The translations under genes and the position numbers were made by a program. Below are positions 1 to 9,375 of a DNA stretch of 64,000 nt, piece by piece. The DNA is from an uncultured Desulfatitalea sp. (GTDB taxonomy: Bacteria > Desulfobacterota > Desulfobacteria > Desulfobacterales > Desulfosarcinaceae). The stretch spans positions 640,001 to 704,000 of the forward strand of contig CAXXMB010000001.1 in the NCBI GenBank assembly GCA_963668675.2. The letters run 5' to 3'. Below the pieces are notes generated by a model, which was not told where the DNA came from, made no database searches, and saw only the letters and a list, made by a program, of their open reading frames with translations. Each line of letters begins with the position of its first letter. Position 1 is the first letter of the stretch.

Positions 1-86
1 CGACGAAGGTCAGCATTAATGGTATTGACGGCACCGCTTGATTCCTTTTCTTCAACGATAAAGGAGCAGCATGCTACGAGAGAAGC

Positions 87-701
87 ATGATCGCATATCT
101 TGAAGGTCGACTGGTAAAGAGAGAACAGGATCGCATCATACTGCTTGCCAACCAGGTAGGCTACGAGGTCATGGTGCCGGCATTTGTTCGAGATACCCTC
201 AACACCAAAGAGGTCGGTGACGAGGTGTCGCTCTACATCTACTATCACCAAACCGAACGACAGCCAAAACCGGTCCTGATCGGGTTCAATCTGGAAGCAG
301 AGAAGGAGTTTTTCCAGCTGTTCATATCCGTTGATGCTATTGGACCGCTCAAGGCAGCCAAAGCGATGACTATTCCGGTGCGTGACATTGCAGATGCGAT
401 AGAAGCCAACCGCCTAGATCAACTGAAAAGCCTGAAGGGCATTGGAGCCAGGTCGGCCCAGAAGATCATCGCTACGCTGCAGGGCAAGGTCGGCAAATTC
501 GCAATGATTCGGAAAAGTGAGTTGCCGAGCGACACCGAACCGCAAGACTACGTCAAACCGGTGTTAGATGTGCTGGTCGAACAACTGGGGCACAAGCCGG
601 CCGATGCAAAGCGGATGATCACTGCGGCCATGAAGCGCAACGAGCACATCGACACACCCGAAGCGTTGTTCGATGAGGTGTATCGGGGTGAAAGGTCTTA
701 A
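87..701 (+). CDS. ruvA: Holliday junction branch migration protein RuvA
   Basis: MIAYLEG start, VGYEV, HhH motifs IGPLKA and LKGIGARSAQKI; directly upstream of ruvB. Confidence 0.93.
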   Translation: MIAYLEGRLVKREQDRIILLANQVGYEVMVPAFVRDTLNTKEVGDEVSLYIYYHQTERQPKPVLIGFNLEAEKEFFQLFISVDAIGPLKAAKAMTIPVRDIADAIEANRLDQLKSLKGIGARSAQKIIATLQGKVGKFAMIRKSELPSDTEPQDYVKPVLDVLVEQLGHKPADAKRMITAAMKRNEHIDTPEALFDEVYRGERS

Positions 702-710
702 GGCCAGCGC

Positions 711-1751
711 ATGACGGATGATACGCTCACAAGAGGGACTGCGCCCAAAGGCATTGTGGACAGCTCCTGTCTGACGGATGATAGCGACCCTGAAATTTTA
801 TCCCTGAGGCCGGAACGACTTGCCGACTATGTCGGCCAGGGCGATGTCGTCAATACGCTCAAGATTGCCATCGAAGCGGCGCTTTTTCGCAACGAACCAC
901 TGGAACACATCCTTTTTCATGGGCCACCTGGTTTGGGCAAAACGACACTGGCCCACATCATTGCCCATGAAATGAATGGTCGCCTGACAGTGACTTCGGG
1001 CCCGGCGCTTGAAAAGGGCGGTGATTTGATCGGCATTCTCACCCATCTGGAGGAGGGCGATATCCTCTTTGTCGATGAAATTCATCGTCTGCCGAAAACG
1101 GTGGAAGAGTTTCTCTATCCCGCAATGGAAGATTTCGCTGTCGACTTCGTCTTCGACAAGGGGATTCATGCGCGTAGCCATCGATATCGGCTGAACCGGT
1201 TCACTCTCGTGGGGGCAACGACCCGTGTGGGACTGCTCTCCGCCCCGTTGCGGGATCGGTTCGGACTTTTCCGCAGCCTCGATTTCTATGTTATCGAAGA
1301 TCTGGTGCATATCATTCAAAGGTCGGCAGCCATCTTAGACGTATCCATTGATGAAGATGGTGCCCGCAATCTCGCCTTGAGATCACGCGGAACGCCTCGA
1401 ATTGTCAATCGATTGTTAAAGAGGGTGAGGGACTATGCCCAGGTTCGTGGAGATGGCCATATCAGCCTTAAGGTCGTCGAGTCGGCCCTGAAACTCGAAG
1501 GCGTTGACGATCAGGGGTTGACCGGTCTGGACCGTCGCTACCTTAAGACCATCATCGACTATTACCATGGGGGACCGGTCGGGATCGAGGCCATCGCCGC
1601 CACCCTGCAGGAGGAGGCCGATACCCTGGTCGATGTCGTCGAGCCCTTTCTCCTCAAGATCGGTATGGTGGTGCGAACCTCATCCGGTCGTAAAGCATCC
1701 GAAAACGCATTTCGTCATCTTGGGTACGCTGTGCAGAAGAAGATATTTTAG
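711..1751 (+). CDS. ruvB: Holliday junction DNA helicase RuvB
   Basis: LRP..L.DYVGQ, Walker [45 protein letters not shown]. Confidence 0.97.
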   Translation: MTDDTLTRGTAPKGIVDSSCLTDDSDPEILSLRPERLADYVGQGDVVNTLKIAIEAALFRNEPLEHILFHGPPGLGKTTLAHIIAHEMNGRLTVTSGPALEKGGDLIGILTHLEEGDILFVDEIHRLPKTVEEFLYPAMEDFAVDFVFDKGIHARSHRYRLNRFTLVGATTRVGLLSAPLRDRFGLFRSLDFYVIEDLVHIIQRSAAILDVSIDEDGARNLALRSRGTPRIVNRLLKRVRDYAQVRGDGHISLKVVESALKLEGVDDQGLTGLDRRYLKTIIDYYHGGPVGIEAIAATLQEEADTLVDVVEPFLLKIGMVVRTSSGRKASENAFRHLGYAVQKKIF

Positions 1752-1773
1752 ACAGACGAAAAAGGAGAGAGGT

Positions 1774-2586
1774 GTGGGCATCATCACTCTGTTAACCGAT
1801 TTTGGAACCCAGGATGAATACGTCGGGGTACTAAAAGGGGTGATTTTGTCCATCAACCCGTCGGCAACGATCGTAGATATCAGTCACCATATTGCCCCCC
1901 AGGGGATCGATCAGGCAGGAGAAGTGCTCGATGCGGCCTTCTCATGGTTTCCGAAAAGCACCACTCATATGGCCGTCGTGGATCCAGGCGTAGGCAGCGG
2001 ACGCCATATCGTAGCACTTCAGTCTCACGGACACACTTTCATTGCCCCCGATAACGGACTGCTCACCTCAATCCTGGATGCAGGACAAGTGACCGCCGCT
2101 GTTCGGGTTGCGAATGAAAGGCTCTACCGGCAACCGGTAAGCGCGACATTTCATGGCCGCGATATTTTTGCTCCGGTTGCGGCGCATCTCTCTCTGGGGA
2201 TGCCGATAGACCAGATGGGGCCGGCCGTGGCGATCGATCATATTTGCAGACGCTCTCATCGGCATTGCGAATTGACTGCAAATGGTGATATTGTTGGACA
2301 AGTCGTCTATGTCGATCGATTCGGAAACATAGGAACCAACATTGACGAACAAAGTGTGACGAGTCTCTCGGGCCCTTCGCAAAATCACGCCGTCGAGATA
2401 GAGATCAGCGGACATACCATCTCCGGTCTATCAGAGAGCTACGCCCAAGGCGGTGCGGAAAAATTAACCGCCCTTCTCAATAGTCGCAACAGGCTGGAAA
2501 TCGCTGTCAACGGAGGCAATGCCGCTCAAATGGTTGTTGCCCGGCCGGGGACTGTCGTACGTGTCACTAAAACGAAGAACAGATAA
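1774..2586 (+). CDS. SAM hydroxide adenosyltransferase / chlorinase-fluorinase family protein (DUF62)
   Basis: IITLLTDFG, VVDPGVGSGR, APDNGLL, SATFHGRDIFAP, VDRFGN; GTG start at 1774 after AGGAG (the ORF-track start at 1567 overlaps ruvB). Confidence 0.9.
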   Translation: MGIITLLTDFGTQDEYVGVLKGVILSINPSATIVDISHHIAPQGIDQAGEVLDAAFSWFPKSTTHMAVVDPGVGSGRHIVALQSHGHTFIAPDNGLLTSILDAGQVTAAVRVANERLYRQPVSATFHGRDIFAPVAAHLSLGMPIDQMGPAVAIDHICRRSHRHCELTANGDIVGQVVYVDRFGNIGTNIDEQSVTSLSGPSQNHAVEIEISGHTISGLSESYAQGGAEKLTALLNSRNRLEIAVNGGNAAQMVVARPGTVVRVTKTKNR

Positions 2587-2606
2587 CATCCCAGGTTGTA
2601 TTTCAA

Positions 2607-3791
2607 ATGATGACATCGCGAAAAAAATCTGAATCCGGTCTATCGGTCAAGGGCCAGCGTTACTGGAGCCTGATGTTGGTGGGAGAGCATGGACGAGTCA
2701 TCCCTTTTCGGCGATTCAAGGAGGTGGCCATCGCCATCTTTGCCATCGCCCTGTTGAGCTTGATGGCGCTTGTGATACTTGGCTTTTTCTATCTCCGGCA
2801 GGGAAAAACCATAGAAACACTTCAAACCGAACTGCACGAGTTGCGGCAGTATGCCGGCCAGTTGAAGGATGAAAAGGATGTCCTGAATGCCCGACTGGGT
2901 ATCCGAAAAGCCCAAATGGCCCCTGATCTGGAAACCACAAGCAACACCAGCGATGAAACGTCAACCCTTCAACCCGCGGCCGGGCCGGCATCATCTGAGC
3001 AGAAGAGGCCCGCAGCTGAAACCTCCATAAAAGAAAAGGTGGCAAGAGAGCCTGAACCGGAAAAACAAAAACCGCAGGTCGTACAGTGGGGAGCGGATAT
3101 CCGGGATATCTCTGTGCAGTACGATAGCAATCGTAAAATAGTGAAAGCGTCGTTTCGGGTATACAACACATCCGTACCCAAAAATAAGCTGGCTGGGCGG
3201 ACGGTCGTCGTTTTTAAGAACAAGGCCGATCCACCTATCAAGTGGTTTGCCGTCCCAAATGTGCTCCTGTCGAATGGGCAACCCAACGGAAAGGTCGGCA
3301 AGGCGTTCAATATCAATAACTTCATCACCATGAGACACTATGCATATGGGTTGAAGCGCCCCAGCCAATACGATGCGGTGGCGGTGTTCGTGTTTTCTGC
3401 TGATGCAAGACTGCTTGCATCCAGGGAGTTCGATTTCAAAATCAAGCCTGAACCGCCGCCAGCTCCCAAACCAGAACCAGCAAAGCCTGCTCCGGAAGAA
3501 GCGGCAACGCCATCGACCCCTCCCGTCTCTAAAGATCCGAAAGGAACGACTGCAATCGAGAAGCAGGCTGTGCCTGAAAATGGGGCTGCTCAGGATGCCG
3601 GCCGGGATGGCAACCACACCGATTCCGAGACAATCGTTATTGAACCGGTCGAACAGGGCTCGGCCACAACAGGGACAACCATGACACCGCAAGAGAGCGT
3701 GACAGACGTGCAAACCGGCGGTAACGAAACCACCGATGGTGAGACTGAAACCATAGCACCGGCAACGGAAAAGAAGACGCCAACACCATAA
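2607..3791 (+). CDS. Hypothetical single-pass membrane protein with coiled coil, beta-rich domain and Pro/Thr/Glu-rich tail
   Basis: TM helix about aa 40-63, heptad-like segment, low-complexity C-terminus; 11 bp upstream of the bactofilin gene. Confidence 0.75.
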   Translation: MMTSRKKSESGLSVKGQRYWSLMLVGEHGRVIPFRRFKEVAIAIFAIALLSLMALVILGFFYLRQGKTIETLQTELHELRQYAGQLKDEKDVLNARLGIRKAQMAPDLETTSNTSDETSTLQPAAGPASSEQKRPAAETSIKEKVAREPEPEKQKPQVVQWGADIRDISVQYDSNRKIVKASFRVYNTSVPKNKLAGRTVVVFKNKADPPIKWFAVPNVLLSNGQPNGKVGKAFNINNFITMRHYAYGLKRPSQYDAVAVFVFSADARLLASREFDFKIKPEPPPAPKPEPAKPAPEEAATPSTPPVSKDPKGTTAIEKQAVPENGAAQDAGRDGNHTDSETIVIEPVEQGSATTGTTMTPQESVTDVQTGGNETTDGETETIAPATEKKTPTP

Positions 3792-3802
3792 GGAGAGTAG
3801 CT

Positions 3803-4150
3803 GTGAAGAGCGATCAGAAGAAATTTTCGATCATCGACGAAGGCTTTACCGTCGAAGGTATGGTGGTGGGTAAGGGACGCCTGGTTATCAAAGGGACCGT
3901 TAAAGGCTCTGTAAACGGAGACAATGTGGTGATCGCCGAGGAGGGCTCGGTATATGCCGAAGCGAAGGCCAACAGCATGACCATCGGCGGGCTTTTCGAT
4001 GGGCAGGTGGAGGTGGACAAGGAGTTGATCGTGCTCTCGACGGGAAACTGCAACGGAAAAGTCAAATGCAACGACCTGGTTGTTGAAGCCGGAGGCCTGC
4101 TCAATGCAGAGGTGACCTGCATGAGCCAAAAAGACAAACGGGCCCGTTGA
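3803..4150 (+). CDS. Bactofilin (polymer-forming cytoskeletal protein, CcmA family)
   Basis: SIIDEGFTVEG..L.IKGTVKGSV..V.G.V....L.V..G..LNA beta-helix pattern; AGGAG RBS and GTG start. Confidence 0.9.
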   Translation: MKSDQKKFSIIDEGFTVEGMVVGKGRLVIKGTVKGSVNGDNVVIAEEGSVYAEAKANSMTIGGLFDGQVEVDKELIVLSTGNCNGKVKCNDLVVEAGGLLNAEVTCMSQKDKRAR

Positions 4151-4280
4151 TCCGTTTCAGGGAATCGCTCCTGCAGGTTTGAGTGAGCGAAACAACGATG
4201 TTAGGATAAATTTTCCTTGACTTACCAGTATGTTTCAATTAAAAGTGCTGGATTCTGAACTAAGCCAGGAGTGAAAAACA

Positions 4281-4715
4281 GTGAAAAAATACACATATAG
4301 TGCCAAACCGAGCGACAACCAAGACAACTGGTGGGTCGTAGACGCAGATGGAGCAGTGCTCGGACGGCTGGCCACCCAGATTGCCGCCCGAATTCGTGGT
4401 AAACACAATCCTATGTTTACACCCCATGTGGACACCGGCGACTCCGTCATCGTGATCAATGCCGAAAAGGTTAAATTGACCGGCCGCAAGCTGGACCAGA
4501 AAATGTACCACCGCCACAGCGGATACATCGGAGGTCTGAAGTCGATTACAGCAAGAAAATTGTTGGAAAAAAGGCCTGAAGACCTGATTCGGTTCGCGGT
4601 CAGGGGTATGTTGCCGAAGAACAGGTTAGGGCGACAATTGAATAAGAAACTCAAGGTTTACGCCGGCAGCGATCATCCGCATAGCGCTCAGCAGCCGGAA
4701 ACAATGACCCTTTAG
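4281..4715 (+). CDS. rplM: 50S ribosomal protein L13
   Basis: WWVVDA....[33 protein letters not shown]. Confidence 0.98.
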   Translation: MKKYTYSAKPSDNQDNWWVVDADGAVLGRLATQIAARIRGKHNPMFTPHVDTGDSVIVINAEKVKLTGRKLDQKMYHRHSGYIGGLKSITARKLLEKRPEDLIRFAVRGMLPKNRLGRQLNKKLKVYAGSDHPHSAQQPETMTL

Positions 4716-4737
4716 AGAGCAATATCAGGATTTATAA

Positions 4738-5133
4738 ATGGCACAAGAGAACACCTATTACGCAACGGGAAAACGCAAGAACGCCATCGCCAGAACCTGG
4801 ATCACACCGGGAAACGGCGCCATCAGCATTAACGGCCGTGGCCTGGAGGACTATTTCAAAGTCTATACGGCCAAAACCATTATCAAACAGCCGCTTGAAC
4901 TGACCAACAATCAGGATAAATTCGATATCAAAATAAAAGTGTTGGGCGGCGGCACCATCGGTCAGGCAGGTGCGATTCGGCACGGGATCACCAAAGCGCT
5001 GATGCAGTTCGACCCAGAGCTCCGCTCAGTATTGAAAAAAGCCGGTTTCGTTCGACGCGATCCCCGTGAAAAAGAGCGTAAAAAGTATGGCCAGAAGGGT
5101 GCTCGCGCACGCTTCCAGTTCTCCAAGCGCTAA
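4738..5133 (+). CDS. rpsI: 30S ribosomal protein S9
   Basis: [38 protein letters not shown]. Confidence 0.98.
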   Translation: MAQENTYYATGKRKNAIARTWITPGNGAISINGRGLEDYFKVYTAKTIIKQPLELTNNQDKFDIKIKVLGGGTIGQAGAIRHGITKALMQFDPELRSVLKKAGFVRRDPREKERKKYGQKGARARFQFSKR

Positions 5134-5166
5134 TCAACACTTCATTCCTGAACAATCCGATAATTC

Positions 5167-5196
5167 AAGGGGCCTGGTTTTCCAGGTCCCTTTTTT
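5167..5196 (+). terminator. Intrinsic terminator after rplM-rpsI, between convergent genes
   Basis: GGGGCCTGG-TTTT-CCAGGTCCC followed by TTTTTT. Confidence 0.8.
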
Positions 5197-5214
5197 ATGC
5201 ATCGATGCAAGTCA

Positions 5215-6177
5215 TCATTTCATACAGCGCACAAAATGGCCGGGGGCAACTTCACGGAGTTTTTGACTCCCTTCGTCGCACGCTTTGCTGAGATTCGGGC
5301 ACTGTTCGGAATAGGGGCAGTCGCTTTCGATTCTCTTATTTAGTGCTGGTGGTGATGCGTGGCTGTTCCATGAGATCGATTTCTCACCAGGAGCTGCGGC
5401 GAGGAGTTTGAGGGTGTAGGGGTGGCGGGGGTCGTCAAAAAGCATCGATGCGGGTGCGGACTCCACGATTCGGCCTCGGTACATGACATTGACATGGTCG
5501 CAGATGTAGCTGACCACATTGAGGTCGTGGGAGATAAAGAGGTAGCTCAACCCCAGTTCGGCCTGGAGGTCTTTCAATAGATTGATAATTTGGGCCTGAA
5601 TGGAGACATCCAGTGCGGAGATCGGTTCGTCGCAGAGTATAAGGCGAGGAGAGACGCTCAACGCCCGCGCAATGCCTATACGCTGGCGTTGACCGCCGCT
5701 GAACTCATGGGGATAGCGATCAGCACTGGCGGACGGCATTCCCACCATCTCCAGCAGTTCCGATACGCGCTGACGCCGTTTTGCCCGGTCAGCAATGCCG
5801 GATATGCGAACGCCTTCAGCGACGGATTGGAAAACGGTCATTCTGGGGTTGAGTGAGCTGTAAGGATCTTGGAAGATCATCTGCATCTGCTTGCGCATGG
5901 GTTTGAACTGGCGCTCGTTCAACCCGCTGATTTCGTCTCCTTTGAAACGGATCGTGCCACCGTCGGGTATCAGAAGTCTTAGAATCATTCGTGCAACAGT
6001 GGATTTGCCACATCCGCTCTCGCCAACCAGCCCGAGCGTCTGGTTGGGAAGAATATGAAAGTCTACCCCGTCCACGGCACGAACCACCTCCGTCGTGTTT
6101 TGGAAAAAGCCTTTGCTTACAGGGAAGTGCTTTTTTAAATCTTCGACTTCCAATATCGGTTTGGCCGAATCATTCAT
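5215..6177 (-). CDS. Oligopeptide/dipeptide ABC transporter ATPase (OppF/DppF-like)
   Basis: GESGCGKST, FSGGQRQRIGIARAL, HPYT, C-terminal Cys cluster; ATG at 6177 overlaps the upstream stop (ATGA). Confidence 0.93.
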   Translation of the reverse strand: MNDSAKPILEVEDLKKHFPVSKGFFQNTTEVVRAVDGVDFHILPNQTLGLVGESGCGKSTVARMILRLLIPDGGTIRFKGDEISGLNERQFKPMRKQMQMIFQDPYSSLNPRMTVFQSVAEGVRISGIADRAKRRQRVSELLEMVGMPSASADRYPHEFSGGQRQRIGIARALSVSPRLILCDEPISALDVSIQAQIINLLKDLQAELGLSYLFISHDLNVVSYICDHVNVMYRGRIVESAPASMLFDDPRHPYTLKLLAAAPGEKSISWNSHASPPALNKRIESDCPYSEQCPNLSKACDEGSQKLREVAPGHFVRCMK

Positions 6178-7187
6178 TCCACACCTCCAGCTGTCACATC
6201 GGGTTTGAAGAGCACCGGACACCTGGCCATATGACCTGCCCCATAGTCGCAAAGGGACGGAAAGGAGGTCTCGCACGAAAGCTGCCGGTGCTCGCAGCGT
6301 GGATGGAAGGGGCAGCCCTTGGGTTTGTAAGAGGGGTGGGGTACGCTTCCAGGAATGGTGTAAAGACGCTGTCCGCGCTTCTCTTTGGTGGGCAGCGCTG
6401 CCAGCAGTGCACGGGTGTAGGGATGGTTTGCGTTGTTGAAGATATGGTCGGCGTTGCCCTGTTCGACAATGATGCCCGCGTACATCACGTAGACGTAGTC
6501 GGCGATGACCTCCACGACGCCCAGGTCGTGGGTGATGTACTGAATCGCCATCTGTTTTTCCCGCTGCAATTGCTTCAGCAGTTCGAGGATCTGGGCCTGC
6601 ACCGTGACATCTAAAGCGGTTGTGGGTTCATCGGCAATTATCAGATCCGGTTCGCAAGCGAGGGCCATGGCGATCATCACCCGCTGGCGTTGTCCTCCGC
6701 TCAATTGATGGGGATAGGCGCTCACCCGTTTATCCGGGTCTGCAATGCCGACATCATCGAGCAGGTGGATCGCTTTCTGCATAGCCTGCGATTCGCCGCT
6801 TGACGAATCGTGCGCCAGAATCGCCTCGCTGATCTGATCTCCGACAGTAAAGACCGGATTGAGCGAGGTCATAGGCTCCTGGAATACCATGGCCATGCTC
6901 TTGCCGCGCAAAGATCGGAGCTGGGGTGCGGACAACGCCAGGATCGCATGTGATTTAAAGAGAATGCGGCCGCTTACAATTTTGGCCGGAGGCTGCTGCA
7001 ACAACCCCATCACCGCAAGCGCGGTGACGGTTTTGCCGCACCCTGACTCGCCGACGATGCACACCGTCTGTTGACGATGGACCTGCAGGTCGACACCATC
7101 CACGGCACGGGCGTCCGGCCCATCTCCCTCGAAGTAGACGCGCAGATCCTCGATAGAAAGAAGAATATCGTTGGCCTCATCATGCAT
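6174..7187 (-). CDS. Oligopeptide/dipeptide ABC transporter ATPase (OppD/DppD-like)
   Basis: [47 protein letters not shown]. Confidence 0.94.
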   Translation of the reverse strand: MHDEANDILLSIEDLRVYFEGDGPDARAVDGVDLQVHRQQTVCIVGESGCGKTVTALAVMGLLQQPPAKIVSGRILFKSHAILALSAPQLRSLRGKSMAMVFQEPMTSLNPVFTVGDQISEAILAHDSSSGESQAMQKAIHLLDDVGIADPDKRVSAYPHQLSGGQRQRVMIAMALACEPDLIIADEPTTALDVTVQAQILELLKQLQREKQMAIQYITHDLGVVEVIADYVYVMYAGIIVEQGNADHIFNNANHPYTRALLAALPTKEKRGQRLYTIPGSVPHPSYKPKGCPFHPRCEHRQLSCETSFPSLCDYGAGHMARCPVLFKPDVTAGGVE

Positions 7188-7229
7188 CGTTTGAAGGTAC
7201 TCCTCAACGCTTGTAATCGGGTCGTCGGA

Positions 7230-8402
7230 TTAGTTACGTTCTCTCAATTTTGGATTTAAGATATCGCGCAGCCCTTCTCCGAAGAGATTGAAAGCGAGCA
7301 CTACCAACAGAATCGTGATGCCCGGTGCAAAGGTGAGCCAGGGGGCGTCGAAGATAAAGTCTTTGCCATCCGAGAGAATGTTGCCCCAGGTGGCGTGGGG
7401 AGGCGGAACGCCGAATCCCAGAAAACTAAGTCCCGCTTCTGTTAACATGGCCGAGGCGATTCCAAGAGTGGCAGAGACGAGGACGGGGGCCACGGCATTG
7501 GGCATGATATGGCGGAAGATGATTCTCATGTCGCTTAACCCCAACGATCGTGCTGCGGCAACGAAGTCCTGCTCTCGCATGGAGAGAAACTCGGCCCGGA
7601 CAAATCGGGTGGTCCCCATCCAACTGGTCAGGCCGATCACCACCATGATGTTGTAGAGGCTCGGGGGCAACAGGGCGACCACGGTAAGGATCAGGAAAAA
7701 GGATGGAAAGCAGAGCATGATGTCAACGGCGCGCATAATGAGCGTATCGATGCTCATCACCGGCCGGTTGAGCCAGTTCAACCATCCAAAGGGAAACGTT
7801 TTCTGGGGAAGCTGTTGTCTTCTCAATACTGCACCTGCGGCGGCCAATACCGTTACTGCGGCGGCCCAGATGAACAGTCGGGCCAGTAAAAATGCCAGCG
7901 CCGAGACAATGAGCACCCAGAAGAGCATATGGCCCAGGCGCACCGGCATCTGGCCAAAGTACCCGGCAAGGCCTCCCAGAAGGATGCCGATGGCGACGGC
8001 GATGCCGACAGCCACAAATCCAACTGTCAGCGATACCCATGCTCCCTGCAGCATTCGGGAGAACACGTCGCGACCAAGGTCATCGGTCCCAAGCAGGTAG
8101 ATGCCCAGAGCCGGCACCTCAGCCGGCTGCAGTCCGTCGGTTATGGGATATGAGAGGGGCGGACGAAGTTTCTCCTGAAGGCGCACCTGGGAGGGATCGA
8201 GGATCGGACGGTTTCCTGAGGTAAGGAGAACACCAGCCAAAGCGACAATGAAGAAGATCAGGAAAATAGCAAACCCTGCAAAGGCCATTCGATTCTTGAG
8301 CAGCATGCGCCACGTTTCCGCCCAGGGGGAGCGGGACGGCGGCATAAGGAGGGATGCGTCGGTGGCCGTATATGCAGCACTATGCCGGCTGGTAAGGCTC
8401 AT
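7230..8402 (-). CDS. Peptide ABC transporter permease (OppC/DppC-like)
   Basis: LGTDDLGRDVFSR, EAA loop FVAAARSLG, EAGLSFLGFG, GEGLRDILNP. Confidence 0.93.
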   Translation of the reverse strand: MSLTSRHSAAYTATDASLLMPPSRSPWAETWRMLLKNRMAFAGFAIFLIFFIVALAGVLLTSGNRPILDPSQVRLQEKLRPPLSYPITDGLQPAEVPALGIYLLGTDDLGRDVFSRMLQGAWVSLTVGFVAVGIAVAIGILLGGLAGYFGQMPVRLGHMLFWVLIVSALAFLLARLFIWAAAVTVLAAAGAVLRRQQLPQKTFPFGWLNWLNRPVMSIDTLIMRAVDIMLCFPSFFLILTVVALLPPSLYNIMVVIGLTSWMGTTRFVRAEFLSMREQDFVAAARSLGLSDMRIIFRHIMPNAVAPVLVSATLGIASAMLTEAGLSFLGFGVPPPHATWGNILSDGKDFIFDAPWLTFAPGITILLVVLAFNLFGEGLRDILNPKLRERN

Positions 8403-9361
8403 CAGAGGCGAATCCTGGGGTCCACCACCATGTAGAGCAGGTCAGAGATCAACGTCCCGGCCAGCACCAGTACGGCGGTGATAAAGTTAAGGGTCAAAAT
8501 GATCGGGTAGTCCCTGGCCAGGATTGCTTCGTAGGCCATGCGCCCCATGCCGGGCCACGCGAAGATCGATTCGATAATAACCGATCCGCCGATGAGACCG
8601 GGAAGAATCAGACCGAACATGGTTACGAAGGGCAGCAGGGCGTTGCGCAGCGCGTGACGGTAATACACCGTATCATCATCCACCCCCTTTGCCCGGGCGG
8701 TCCTCACATAGTCCATACCGATGATCTCCAGCATTTGGCTGCGTACATACCTGGAGAGGACGGCGATGCCGCCGGTGGCGCCCAATAGGGAGGGCAACAC
8801 CAGATGCCACGTGCGGTCCATCCATTTCACAATGGGAGATGCGGCGGTAACGCCGAAGGTCTCTATGCCGATGACCGAGACATGCAATTGGGTGACCACC
8901 AGTATGATCAACATGTATGCGAAGAAGAAGCCGGGAATCGAGATGAGCAGATAGGCGAAAAAGGTGGTGGTCTTGTCGTAAGGGCCGTCACGGCGGATGG
9001 CCGAGCGGATACCCACGGGAAAGGAGAAGGTCCATGTGAGCAGCGTGCCGACGATAAAGAGCGGCAGACTGTTCAGGAAGCGCTCCCAGATTTTTCCCAG
9101 TACGGGCTGATTGTCCCGCCAGGAGACGGTTTTGCCGGTGAACAGGTCGCGATAAAAGAGCAGGTACTGCATGTAAAGCGGCTGGTCGAGATGGAACTCC
9201 TTGCGCATGCGTTCGACGATTTCGGGGGTAAACTTGGGGTTGAGCGGGTCGATCTGGCTAGGCTCACCCGGTGCCAGGTGGATGATCAGGAAGGAGACCA
9301 CAGAGACAAAGAAGAGGGTAACCCCTTTTTGAAGCAGGCTTTTACGGAGAAAGTTTAACAT
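8402..9361 (-). CDS. Peptide ABC transporter permease (OppB/DppB-like)
   Basis: HLAPGEP, DYVRTARAKG, HALRNALLP, ESIFAWPGMG, DPRIRL; start MLNFLRK after GAGGTGG. Confidence 0.93.
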   Translation of the reverse strand: MLNFLRKSLLQKGVTLFFVSVVSFLIIHLAPGEPSQIDPLNPKFTPEIVERMRKEFHLDQPLYMQYLLFYRDLFTGKTVSWRDNQPVLGKIWERFLNSLPLFIVGTLLTWTFSFPVGIRSAIRRDGPYDKTTTFFAYLLISIPGFFFAYMLIILVVTQLHVSVIGIETFGVTAASPIVKWMDRTWHLVLPSLLGATGGIAVLSRYVRSQMLEIIGMDYVRTARAKGVDDDTVYYRHALRNALLPFVTMFGLILPGLIGGSVIIESIFAWPGMGRMAYEAILARDYPIILTLNFITAVLVLAGTLISDLLYMVVDPRIRL

Positions 9362-9375
9362 CAATCCACCTCTTC

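Noticed and set aside
1..90. Open frame ending in TGA that overlaps the ruvA ATG, a possible ruvC tail
   Set aside because: Only 29 codons are visible and they contain no recognisable RuvC motif
1567..1773. N-terminal extension of the DUF62 ORF in the ORF track
   Set aside because: Overlaps ruvB; family similarity starts at the GTG at 1774, which has an RBS
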